DNA from: Dehalococcoidia bacterium
Lineage (GTDB): Bacteria; Chloroflexota; Dehalococcoidia; SHYD01
Assembly: GCA_965220215.1 (NCBI GenBank)
Contig: OZ244809.1
Location: 1,587,805-1,651,804 of the forward strand
Reading direction: 5' to 3'
Length of the DNA: 64,000 nucleotides
Below, piece by piece: positions 22,401 to 31,320 of this stretch; position 1 is the stretch's first letter; each line of letters begins with the position of its first letter. The translations under genes and the position numbers were made by a program. The notes under the pieces were generated by a model that worked only from the letters and a program-made list of their open reading frames with translations, made no database searches and was not told the origin of the DNA.

Positions 22401-23738
22401 TTAGGCCGGCTTAGTGCCAAAGGCGCAGTGGAACGGCCTCGCCGTCCAAGCGGGGAGGTTATCCCGCTCGATCCGCTCTAGGGCAAAACGCCACTCATCT
22501 GCTTCCGCGCCCTTAAGGCCGGCTAGTGTGGACTCCGTGAGCGAACGTCCCCAGCCATCGGTGATGCGCGCGGCCGCCATCTGGGGCAGCAGGCGCAGAT
22601 CCCCAAGCCCTGCGTCAGCGAGACGCTGGTAGAGGCTGGCATCGGCGCAGCCCCGCTCCACTACCGCGCCATTGCCACCACCACCGCCTTCCAGCTTTTG
22701 CCGCAACGCCGCGGAGATGGGGAGCGACAGCCAGGACGAGCGATCTGCTGCTCGCACCACTGCAACCACCTTCCCGCCCGGCTTCGTGATGCGCACCAGC
22801 TCCGCAATGGCGCGGTCGGCATCCACCTCCTCCAGTACGGTGCTGCACAGCACAAAGTCGTAGCCATCGTCCGGAAGCGGGATGGCTAGTGCACTGCCTT
22901 CGTGAAATGCGATGTTTGGCCCCCACTCCTCGCGTTGAGCGAACCTGGCGGCCTCTCGAAGAAAGAAGCGGTTGAAATCGAGCCCCGCGATGTGGCTTGT
23001 GAGGCCCAGCATTGCGACTACTTGCCGCAGCAACGCGCCCGAGCCGCAGCCCACCTCTATCAGGCTGTGTCCCGGACGCGCGCCCGCTTCTCGCAAGATA
23101 CGCATGACCATGCTGCCGTAGCCGGAAGACGCCCGCCCGTAGTGGTTGGCAACCGGGTCGAGATGCGCTCCACCCACCACGATGGTGGTGTAGCGGCTGT
23201 TCAGGCGCGGGAGCAGCGGCTCCCACTGAGAGGGCGCCAGGTCCAGCGGGAAGAGCACCAGGGGCGGGCCGGAGCCCTGTACCCGATAGGTGATGCCTGC
23301 AACCTCGCCCTCACCCTCACCAAGCGCGGCTGGTGCGAGAGGCGTCGTGCTATCACTGGTCTCCAGGAAGTCCAGCAACGCGTCGCCGATTTCAGGGCGC
23401 TCGACGAGCAGGTCCGTCCACAGGAACTCCCGATAGTCGTCTAGGGGGTGGACCGTAGTGTTGGCGCGCTTGAGGGCGTCGACTGCAGCCACCATCCGGG
23501 GGTTGCCTGCGCCGTAAACGCACAGGAAGGGACCGGCGTGCTGCGCGATGCCTGTGAGGCTCACGGCAGGTGTGCAGATGGAGGCAAGAGAGGCGATTTG
23601 CTCCGCGCACTGCTCTACCAGTCCTCCCAAGCTACGCGGTCCCCTGGGGCGTACCGCAAAGTGCGCTCGCTGCAGGCCGAGGGTCTGCAACAGCGTGACT
23701 ATCCTGTCTTCTAAGGCCAATTCAGGCATGCTGTTCAT
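22401..23738 (-). CDS. Fusion of degenerate alpha/beta-hydrolase-like region and class I SAM methyltransferase
   Basis: ITYRVQGSGPPLVL then LIEVGCGSG, LPDDGYD, RITKPGG. Confidence 0.75.
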   Translation of the reverse strand: MNSMPELALEDRIVTLLQTLGLQRAHFAVRPRGPRSLGGLVEQCAEQIASLASICTPAVSLTGIAQHAGPFLCVYGAGNPRMVAAVDALKRANTTVHPLDDYREFLWTDLLVERPEIGDALLDFLETSDSTTPLAPAALGEGEGEVAGITYRVQGSGPPLVLFPLDLAPSQWEPLLPRLNSRYTTIVVGGAHLDPVANHYGRASSGYGSMVMRILREAGARPGHSLIEVGCGSGALLRQVVAMLGLTSHIAGLDFNRFFLREAARFAQREEWGPNIAFHEGSALAIPLPDDGYDFVLCSTVLEEVDADRAIAELVRITKPGGKVVAVVRAADRSSWLSLPISAALRQKLEGGGGGNGAVVERGCADASLYQRLADAGLGDLRLLPQMAAARITDGWGRSLTESTLAGLKGAEADEWRFALERIERDNLPAWTARPFHCAFGTKPA

Positions 23739-23838
23739 GGTAAGACTATCCGTTCGTGTTTGGTGAGAGCCAAGTGCTTGTTGTCCAGCGTACTGTTGGC
23801 CGGTTGCCCTGCTGAAGCGCTAGGCCGTGGGCTTGCGC

Positions 23839-24846
23839 CTACTTCGAGAACCTTTCGAGGTCCGATGCCACCATCATCTGCATAAGCTCTGGGAAGCCTG
23901 TCTTTGGTTCCCAGCCTAGTAGCTTCTTAGCCAAGGCGTAGTTCCCTTTAAGCCGCTTTATCTCTGTCGGCCGGATAAGCGCCTCGTCTGTGACAACGTG
24001 CTTACGCCAGTCCAAGCCAACATAGTCGAACGCAATTTCGCAGGCTTGTTGAACCGAGTAGCTGGTGTTAGTCCCGATGACAAAATCACGGGGCTCGTCG
24101 TGCTGAACCATCGCAATCATTGCTGCCGCATACTCCTTGGCATAACCCCAATCGCGCTCAGCGTCCAGCCACCCTAAGTGCAGCTGTCCGTTAGCATCTA
24201 CTAGCGGTTCTCCACGTTCATCAGTGGGAGGATTCTCGACGCCGTTCTTAATGCACGCCGCCGCCGCAGAGATTTTTCTGGTTACAAAATGAAGGCTGCG
24301 GCGCGGGCTTTCGTGATTGAACAGGATGCCACACGTCACAAACAGGTTGTGCGCCTCGCGGTAGCAACGGGCCATCATGTGCGCGTAGGCTTTAGCGATT
24401 CCGTACGGATTGTTGGCATCTATTGGCGTATCCTCATCTGCGGACTCACCTGATATGTTCCCGTATATCTCGCGGCTCGTTGCCTGGTAGACCCGGGCGT
24501 TGGGAGCATACCTCCTCACTGCCTCAAGCACCCGCACAGCACCGACTCCGGTCACATCCGCAGTGTAGAAGGGCTGCGACCAGCTGTCCGCGGGTACCGA
24601 TTGAGCCGCTATGTTGTAGACCTCATCCGGCTCATATCTCTGAACCGTCTCGGCAATGCTGGTGAAGTCCGAAAGCTCGACGGCTTCTATTTTGATTGAG
24701 CCGTATAAGTGAGCCAGGTTTTCTCTTGCATACGTTGTAGTGCGGCGAATGGTTCCTACTACCTCATAGCCTCTTTCCAGTAGTAGATCGGCGAGATATG
24801 AACCATCCTGAGACGATACTCCTATTATTAGCGCTCGCTTTGGCAT
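23839..24846 (-). CDS. gmd: GDP-mannose 4,6-dehydratase
   Basis: GVSSQDGSYL, PYGIAK, GILFNHESPRR, FVTRKI, RDWG. Confidence 0.92.
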   Translation of the reverse strand: MPKRALIIGVSSQDGSYLADLLLERGYEVVGTIRRTTTYARENLAHLYGSIKIEAVELSDFTSIAETVQRYEPDEVYNIAAQSVPADSWSQPFYTADVTGVGAVRVLEAVRRYAPNARVYQATSREIYGNISGESADEDTPIDANNPYGIAKAYAHMMARCYREAHNLFVTCGILFNHESPRRSLHFVTRKISAAAACIKNGVENPPTDERGEPLVDANGQLHLGWLDAERDWGYAKEYAAAMIAMVQHDEPRDFVIGTNTSYSVQQACEIAFDYVGLDWRKHVVTDEALIRPTEIKRLKGNYALAKKLLGWEPKTGFPELMQMMVASDLERFSK

Positions 24847-25182
24847 TATCGTCCCGTCCCTTCAGTATCAAAGCAGTCGAGCGGATAGAGGCTTCCGGCC
24901 GAGATCAGCAGCCGCTACCAAGAGGTCGCATTGAATCGTGGCCTGCCGCCCCGTCCGCATACTGCGATGCGTAGCGGCAACAATGTCGGCCCCCGCATCC
25001 AACCCGTCTGCCGGCGGGAAAGAAGCGCCTCGTGCGCCCTATTGTGAAGAATCATTCGAGCTTCTTCAAGAGGCTAGGGGTAATGATACTAGCTGCAAGC
25101 TGGGCCGCCTACTGATGCCAAACGCTTTCCGGTGCGTCACCTGCTGTGAAAAGCGGCTCGTCTATGAAGCGCTGGGGGACGA

Positions 25183-25520
25183 CGCCCACCTTAGTCCTCC
25201 CCCTTTAATAGGGGAGGACATACCCAGGCACGCAAAGGCAACGCTGAGGCGTGAGCGCATATGCAGTGCAGGAACCCCGGCCCCTGTTCCTTCCCCCTCG
25301 TATGGGGGAAGGCTAGGATGGGGGTGCACTGATCAATAGAGCGGTTCTGGCACACCACGGTGTTTTCTTAGTGAGCTTTGGTGAAGCAGCGGATAGGCGA
25401 CGCGTTGGGCACGACCCCCACCTTAGTCCTCCCCCATTGAAGGGGGAGTAAACACGCCTTACGTTTACCCTCAGCGACGAGGCGTGAGCGCATATGCAGT
25501 GCAGGAACTACGGCCCTCAG
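25183..25520. repeat. Cluster of family-B composite repeats (about 231-bp period)
   Basis: cccaccttagtcctcccc near 25186 and 25417; gaggcgtgagcgcatatgcagtgcaggaac twice. Confidence 0.85.
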
Positions 25521-25539
25521 CGTAAACTGCCAACTTGCG

Positions 25540-25569
25540 TTGACCCAGTCAGAACGTACGTCTTACTCT
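25540..25569 (+). promoter_or_regulatory. Putative promoter of the capsid operon
   Basis: TTGACC-18 nt-TACTCT; spacer contains AGAACGTACGTCTT. Confidence 0.45.
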
Positions 25570-25668
25570 CTGTCAAGTCCTTCGGCTAGCTCGCCTCAAG
25601 CGGGCGGCTGTTGCCGGAGGCGAGTCGCTGCTGGCGACAGGACAAGCCCAAAGACAAGGAGGGACGCT

Positions 25669-26124
25669 ATGGCAGAGGAAACGGGTCCGCCCGGGGCGGC
25701 GGTTTCGGAGGAGGAGGGCGGCGAGGTGGCTTCGGGAGCCTCGGCCAACAGTGCGACGGCAGACCCCGCGGCGCGGATTGAGTCGCTGGAGGCGGAGCTG
25801 GCAACTGCGCACGCTGAGCGGGAGGTGCTGCACGAGCAACTCGCCTCGGCGCAAGACGCGCTTACGGTGAGCGCAGCGCATTATCGTGAGGCCGTGCTGG
25901 CAACCGCGCCGGAGGTGCCGCCGGAGCTCGTCGCGGGCGCATCGGTGGCGGAGGTAGACCGCTCGCTGGCGGCGGCGCGGGAGACTGTAGCCGCAGTGCA
26001 GCGCCGCCTGGCCGAGCGCGTCTCGGCGGAGCGGGTGCCTGCGGGCGCGCCCCCACGCGGCGGCGCAGACCTCTCAGCGCTCAGTCCCCGGGAAAAGATA
26101 GCCCTTGCCCTGAGCGCGGGGTAG
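25669..26124 (+). CDS. Putative capsid scaffolding protein
   Basis: AAGGAGG RBS; acidic disordered N-terminus, coiled coil, Pro/Gly linker and short terminal helix (LSPREKIALAL); directly upstream of the capsid gene. Confidence 0.7.
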   Translation: MAEETGPPGAAVSEEEGGEVASGASANSATADPAARIESLEAELATAHAEREVLHEQLASAQDALTVSAAHYREAVLATAPEVPPELVAGASVAEVDRSLAAARETVAAVQRRLAERVSAERVPAGAPPRGGADLSALSPREKIALALSAG

Positions 26125-26235
26125 TGCCCCCCTCCGGTTAAGTGATTGATGCAGGGGGCACATCCCCCAACCTTGTGCCAGCCGTCCCAAGCGACTGGAC
26201 TCCCGTTACACAGCTTACACACATAAGGAGTACAC

Positions 26236-27126
26236 ATGGCGCTAACCCTTACGGAGGCCTCCAAGCTCTCCAACGATATCCTGCTCTCTGGAGTCATCGA
26301 GACGGTGGTCTATGACAGCCCCGTTCTCCAGGCGCTCCCCTTCATCGAGATTGTGGGCAACGGTCTCACCTACAACCGGGAGAACGCCGCCGCCACTGCC
26401 GCCTTCTATGAAGTGGGCGACGCCTGGTCGGAGTCCACGCCCACCTTCACCCAGATCACGGCCACGCTCAAGATCTTGGGCGGTGATGCCGACGTGGACA
26501 ACTTCCTGCGGGCCACTCGCAGCAACCTCCAGGACCTTGAGGCCGCGGTGGTCCAGCTCAAGGCGAAGGCGGTGCAGCAGAAGTTCGACGATGCCTTCAT
26601 CAACGGCGATACCACTACCGACTCGAAGGCATTCGACGGTGTCGACAAGGCGTGCGCGGCCGGCCAGTCGGTCTCTATGGGGACCAACGGCGGCACCCTC
26701 ACCCTGGATAAGCTGGACGAGGCCATCGACAAGATCAAGGGCGGCAAGCCGGAGCTGCTGCTCATGTCCAAGCGGAGCCGCCGCAAGCTCACCAGCCTCA
26801 GCCGCGCCACCGGCAGCGGCATCCTGGAGAGCGACCGCAACCAGTTCGGCCAGATGGTGCAGTACTACGACGGCATCCCCGTAGGCGTCACTGAGTGGAT
26901 CGCCGACAACAAGACGGTGGGTTCCAGCACAGACTGCTCCACCATCTACGCGCTCCAGGTGGGCGAGGGCGCGGTCACCGGGCTAACCAGCCCCGGCGGC
27001 TTGCAGGTGGAGCGGGTAGGCAGCCTGGAGTCCAAGGACGCCAGCCGGGTGCGGGTGAAGTGGTACGCGTCCGTTGCCCTCTTCAACACCCTCAAGCTGT
27101 CCAAACTCAGCGGCGTGCGGGGCTAG
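26236..27126 (+). CDS. Phage-type major capsid protein (probably HK97 fold)
   Basis: MALTLTEASKLS, SPVLQALPFIE, GGDADVDNF, FINGD...AFDG, YDGIPV, RVKWYASVAL; TAAGGAG RBS; strongly biased codons. Confidence 0.85.
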   Translation: MALTLTEASKLSNDILLSGVIETVVYDSPVLQALPFIEIVGNGLTYNRENAAATAAFYEVGDAWSESTPTFTQITATLKILGGDADVDNFLRATRSNLQDLEAAVVQLKAKAVQQKFDDAFINGDTTTDSKAFDGVDKACAAGQSVSMGTNGGTLTLDKLDEAIDKIKGGKPELLLMSKRSRRKLTSLSRATGSGILESDRNQFGQMVQYYDGIPVGVTEWIADNKTVGSSTDCSTIYALQVGEGAVTGLTSPGGLQVERVGSLESKDASRVRVKWYASVALFNTLKLSKLSGVRG

Positions 27127-27154
27127 CAGCACTAAAGTCACGCTGAGCGTCCTC

Positions 27155-27202
27155 TTGTCATTCTGAGCCTGCCTACCGCAGGCAGGCGAAGCGAAGAATC
27201 CA
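27155..27202. repeat. Family-A repeat with nested hairpin after the capsid gene
   Basis: ttgtcattctgagcctgcctaccgcaggcaggcgaagcgaagaatcc. Confidence 0.9.
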
Positions 27203-27439
27203 AGTGGGGTGGTAGGTGAGCCTGGCGTTGCCCGCCACCTACCACCCCCTGGATGCCCGAGGCGGCGGCCGAAGATAGAGGCCTAGCGGTGACGGCTCAA
27301 AAGCTAATCTAACATGCAAAGATTGCACTTTTTCCAAGAAAACATTGCGAGTTTGACCACAACGGCGATGACACTGCTGTCATATAGCCTAACGCCCACG
27401 GCCAGCGGCATCCGCGAGCGAGACGAGGGGGTATAGCCT

Positions 27440-28081
27440 ATGCCATTCACGTTGAACCAGGCGCTCGAACAGGTGCGCCGAGAGCTGGGTGACACCGATG
27501 CGGCGAACGCCCGCTGGTCGGCGGATGACCTGGAGCAGCATCTGCGCCACGCACTGGAAGCGGTCTCCCTGGTGTTGCCCCGAGAAGAGCGGGCGGAGCT
27601 GCTGACCACCGCAGGATCGCGAGAGGTGAGCATCCAGACGCTGGCGGACCGCATCGCCGTGGAAGCGGTAGAGTATCCTGCCGGTAACTATCCCGCCACC
27701 TACACGGGCTTCTCAGTCTGGGGTGATACCCTTAGCCTGCTTGTGGACGCCACACCCGGTGGCGGTGAGCGTGTGCTGGTCTACTGGCGTGCCCTGCATA
27801 CCATCGATCTTGCGGGGAGCACTCTGCCCCCTTGGGCGGAGCACCTCGTGGTGCAGGGCGCGGCGGGCTATGCGGCGCTGGAGTGGGCGAGCCTGGCTGC
27901 GAACCGCGTGAATGTGGGCGGCGAGGAGACCTGGCGGCGCTACCTGGAGTGGGGTAAGGAGCGTCTTGCGGCCTTCCACCAAGGACTAGATGGCGTGCGT
28001 CGTCGCCGGGGGCTGCAGCGCCACCAGCTCTACGTGCCCGCAACGGGCAGGCCCGGCCAGTCCACGGACGGGGGGCCTTAG
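27440..28081 (+). CDS. Putative head-to-tail adaptor protein
   Basis: Helical N-terminus (VRRELGD...RWSADDL..HL..AL), beta insert, then helical C-terminus; position after capsid gene. Confidence 0.6.
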   Translation: MPFTLNQALEQVRRELGDTDAANARWSADDLEQHLRHALEAVSLVLPREERAELLTTAGSREVSIQTLADRIAVEAVEYPAGNYPATYTGFSVWGDTLSLLVDATPGGGERVLVYWRALHTIDLAGSTLPPWAEHLVVQGAAGYAALEWASLAANRVNVGGEETWRRYLEWGKERLAAFHQGLDGVRRRRGLQRHQLYVPATGRPGQSTDGGP

Positions 28082-30064
28082 GTGCGAAGAATACCCAGGG
28101 CCCTCACCGCCGCGCAGCAGAGTGCCAGCGCAGAGCCCTACGTGCGTTTGCTGGTCTCCAATCGCATCGCGGGCGTGCCTCGGCTGCGGTGGATCCGGCT
28201 CTACACAGGACTGGAAGAGGACTACTTCCACGCCGCTACGGTGCCGGGAGACGGCTCCCTCTTGCGCGCCCGTACTACAAGCGGCGGGCAGCTCTACCTC
28301 CAGCGCGTCGCCGGCCCAGGCCAGGGCAGCGACTTCGCTACTTGGAGCAACGAAGGCAGCGTCTCGGACAGCGCCGGCGTTGCGCTGACCAGCCTCGGCA
28401 GTATGGCGCTGCTCTTCTACGTGGACGCCGACGATGCGACTATCAAAGTGCGGGAGAGTAGCGATAACGGCCAGAGCTTTGGCGGCGCAACGAGTGTGGT
28501 CACTGCGGGCGGGGCGGCAAAGTGGCTGGCTGCGGGCGTCAACCCGTCGGGCGTGGTGGCCCTCTTTTACACCGTGGGCGCAACCGTGTACGCGGTCAAG
28601 CGCACGGCTGGCGTCTGGGGACAGCCGTCTGCGTGGACCAACACCGTGGCGAGCATCACCGGCCTGGGGTGCGCCTATCGCCTGGACTGGAACCTGGCCC
28701 TCACCGGGTCGGACGCCGCCGGTAACCAGTATCTCTGGACGCTCCTCTATGGGGACGGCTACGGTCAGAGCGCAAACACCTGGTCGGACCTGAACGTGGT
28801 GGAGCCTGCCAGCAGCGGGTCGGAGGTGGGGTTCCAGGCGCCCTTTGTGGACTATATGGACGTGTATCGTGTCTTTGCCGTGCAGACGTACGCAGGCGCG
28901 GTCTCCTACAGCCGTCCTTACTGGAGCGCTATGCCTGTATTTGGCGACTACGCCGACGGCTACTGGCGGGAGCCCATCCCCTTTGACCTGACCTCCGGCT
29001 ACGGCGTCGCGCTGGCGCACGGCAACGGGTACGGATGGCTCTCCACGCCCTTTGGTGTGTGGCAGGCCGTCCTTCCCGCAGCCTATGCGGACATCTCCGA
29101 GGACGTGCTGGCGCTGTCGCTGAGAGCAAACCCGACAGAGGGAAGCCTGAGCGTCACCCTGCGGAATGACGACGGCCGCTACAATGACGCCGCATACCAG
29201 GCTGACGGCAGCGCGCTGTTGAGCCTGGGGGAAGAGATTCAGGTAAGCCCTGGCTATCGGGCCGCCGGCCGCAACCTCTCAGCCCGCGGGCCTGCGTACT
29301 GGGTGGCTGGTTGGGAGCACCGCTCGGCCGGCGGGGAAGCCACAGTAACGCTTCACGCCGTGGACGGCTGGGGACTCCTGGCCGGCTGGCGCGCCCGCAG
29401 GCAGTTCACCTGGGCAGCAGGAAGCCGGAACGTCTTTCAGATCACGGCCTTTATTCTGGCCCGCGTAGGCTTGCGGATCAGCGCGAACAGCACCAGCGAT
29501 GCGCTAGGCGACCTGCAGCCTGCGTTCACTATCCAGCCGGGAGAGTCGGGCAAGTCGGCGGTGTTGCGTCTGCTGGACATGGTGCCGGACCGCCTCTTCT
29601 TCGAGGGTGCCCTAGGCGTGCTAGTGTATCCAGAGGCTTCGGACGAGAGCGGCTACAGCTACGGCGGTAGCCATGCGCTCCTGGAGGCCAGCTATGCGAC
29701 GCAGCCGTTGGCGGTGAACCAGGCTCAGGTGCATGGCAACGGCGTCTTTGCCGAGGCCTTCGATTGGGAGCAGATCGACCTCTTGGATGCCCGCGCCCGA
29801 CACGTGCTGGATCTGAACGTAGACGATGCCGGCAAGGCCACTGACCGGGCGCTCTACGAGCTGCGCCAGCAGGTGATGGACGCTCCTGCCGGGCACATCC
29901 TGACGCCGGTGAACTGCGCCCAGCAGATCTACGACGTTATTGCTGTAACCGATGAGCGCTGCGGACTTTCCGCCGCCAAACGGCGCGTGCAGAAGCTCAC
30001 CTTAACCTACCAGCGCCACCCCCGCAGCCGCTACGACATGCGCCTAGACCTTGGCGGCGTGTAG
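28082..30064 (+). CDS. Putative virion tail nozzle/hub protein
   Basis: Trp/Gly/Ser-rich beta-propeller-like N-terminal half; C-terminal half resembling tail/baseplate hub; abuts the adaptor gene. Confidence 0.55.
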   Translation: MRRIPRALTAAQQSASAEPYVRLLVSNRIAGVPRLRWIRLYTGLEEDYFHAATVPGDGSLLRARTTSGGQLYLQRVAGPGQGSDFATWSNEGSVSDSAGVALTSLGSMALLFYVDADDATIKVRESSDNGQSFGGATSVVTAGGAAKWLAAGVNPSGVVALFYTVGATVYAVKRTAGVWGQPSAWTNTVASITGLGCAYRLDWNLALTGSDAAGNQYLWTLLYGDGYGQSANTWSDLNVVEPASSGSEVGFQAPFVDYMDVYRVFAVQTYAGAVSYSRPYWSAMPVFGDYADGYWREPIPFDLTSGYGVALAHGNGYGWLSTPFGVWQAVLPAAYADISEDVLALSLRANPTEGSLSVTLRNDDGRYNDAAYQADGSALLSLGEEIQVSPGYRAAGRNLSARGPAYWVAGWEHRSAGGEATVTLHAVDGWGLLAGWRARRQFTWAAGSRNVFQITAFILARVGLRISANSTSDALGDLQPAFTIQPGESGKSAVLRLLDMVPDRLFFEGALGVLVYPEASDESGYSYGGSHALLEASYATQPLAVNQAQVHGNGVFAEAFDWEQIDLLDARARHVLDLNVDDAGKATDRALYELRQQVMDAPAGHILTPVNCAQQIYDVIAVTDERCGLSAAKRRVQKLTLTYQRHPRSRYDMRLDLGGV

Positions 30065-30075
30065 AGGGTCGAGAC

Positions 30076-30291
30076 ATGACAGAAACCAGACGGGGCATCC
30101 TAAAGAGCTTCGATACGGACACGTTCAAGGCAACAGTGCAGGTGGCGGGCAGCCTCAGCGTGTGGCTTGACGATGTCCCCGTTAGCCGCGGCATCGCCGG
30201 CGCAGAGATGGTGGCAGGCCGCTCCGTGGCCCTCCTATTCTTCGATCCCGCCAACCCGGAGGATGCGGTAGTGGTTGCGGTGTGGAGCTAA
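30076..30291 (+). CDS. Small beta-rich virion protein (OB-fold spike-like)
   Basis: RRGILKSFD...ATVQV...DDVPV...GRSVALLF...AVVVAVW; last gene of the module. Confidence 0.5.
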   Translation: MTETRRGILKSFDTDTFKATVQVAGSLSVWLDDVPVSRGIAGAEMVAGRSVALLFFDPANPEDAVVVAVWS

Positions 30292-30294
30292 GGG

Positions 30295-30753
30295 CTAGCG
30301 CGGCGGGAACTTGGCGCGCTCGCTGCGGAGTTGCGCTAACCAGAGGGCAGCCTCCTCCGTGGTGACCCGGAGGGTTGCCCACAGCAGCGGCTCTTCCCAG
30401 TTGGAGAAGTAGGTCCCGGGGGCGACCATAGCGTAGTCGAAGTACACTTCCAGAGTGACATGCTCTCCAACTCTCCCGGCGTACTGAAAGGTAAGCCCAG
30501 GATGGGAGAACAGCAGCCGATTATGGGCAACAGCAGTGCGGGGGAGTTTCTCCACCCATTCAATAAGCTGGTCTATCTCCCACGTTAGCAGGCAAGGGCT
30601 GGTCTTCTGCCATGCCTGGTCGTGAATGCTCGCCTCAACGGAGACCAGCAACCGGTTAGCGGCCTCATCCTGCTCCCCGCGGCTAGCGCGGTTAGGGTAC
30701 TGGTAGCCCTCCAGTGACAGCTGGAAGCTATTGCCGTCCGGTCCTGTCAGCAT
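30295..30753 (-). CDS. Hypothetical protein, WapI-like immunity family
   Basis: GYQYP...ANRLLV...PCLLTWEI..L.EW pattern. Confidence 0.55.
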   Translation of the reverse strand: MLTGPDGNSFQLSLEGYQYPNRASRGEQDEAANRLLVSVEASIHDQAWQKTSPCLLTWEIDQLIEWVEKLPRTAVAHNRLLFSHPGLTFQYAGRVGEHVTLEVYFDYAMVAPGTYFSNWEEPLLWATLRVTTEEAALWLAQLRSERAKFPPR

Positions 30754-30939
30754 GATAAAGCCAGGTTATTCTCCCATCCACTCGGCATGGGCTTCTGGCA
30801 GAGCCACTCCAAACCGCTGTTGAAGCGCCATCATATCTTGGTAATCCTTTTCTTTGAGCTCATAAGCGGTATGGTCTGTGACCTGAAACCCGCGGTTAGG
30901 CATTTCCATACAGGGATGTCTTCACGGACGGCTACCAGC

Positions 30940-31320
30940 TTACTCAATCGGCGGCACGGATGCCCGCAGGTGCTGGGCGCCGCGCAAGTAGACGTGCGCC
31001 ACCTGGTCCTGCCCCTTCTCAGTGTTCACATGGAGGAGCACCCGGATGCACATAGGGAGTGCGCCCGGCACTTCCATCTCCGCGCTGTCCATTAGCGCCA
31101 CGTGCGCCCAGCCGATCTGCCGGGCAGCCGTCGCCGGGAAGGCGGCGTTGAGGTCGGGTGTGGCGGTAAAGAAGGCGCTGGCCACGTCCTCCACCCGGAA
31201 GTCGTTGGTCTGTATGATCTGCTCCAGCAGCTCCCGCGTCGCAGCCAGAATGGCCGCGCTGGTGTTGGCCTCCGTCGTGGTCGCACCTCGCACGCCCCGA
31301 ATGCTCATCATCGTGGTCAC
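30940..31320 (-). CDS. aroH: Chorismate mutase, AroH class
   Basis: [37 protein letters not shown]. Confidence 0.93.
   Translation of the reverse strand: MTTMMSIRGVRGATTTEANTSAAILAATRELLEQIIQTNDFRVEDVASAFFTATPDLNAAFPATAARQIGWAHVALMDSAEMEVPGALPMCIRVLLHVNTEKGQDQVAHVYLRGAQHLRASVPPIE

Noticed and set aside
25551-25564. Perfect LexA box
   Set aside because: Right half reads GTCTT, not GTTCT; kept only as a weak candidate
25669-30291. Complete prophage or encapsulin operon
   Set aside because: No integrase, att, replication, packaging or lysis genes for a prophage; scaffold, adaptor and tail-like neighbours rather than a cargo enzyme argue against encapsulin
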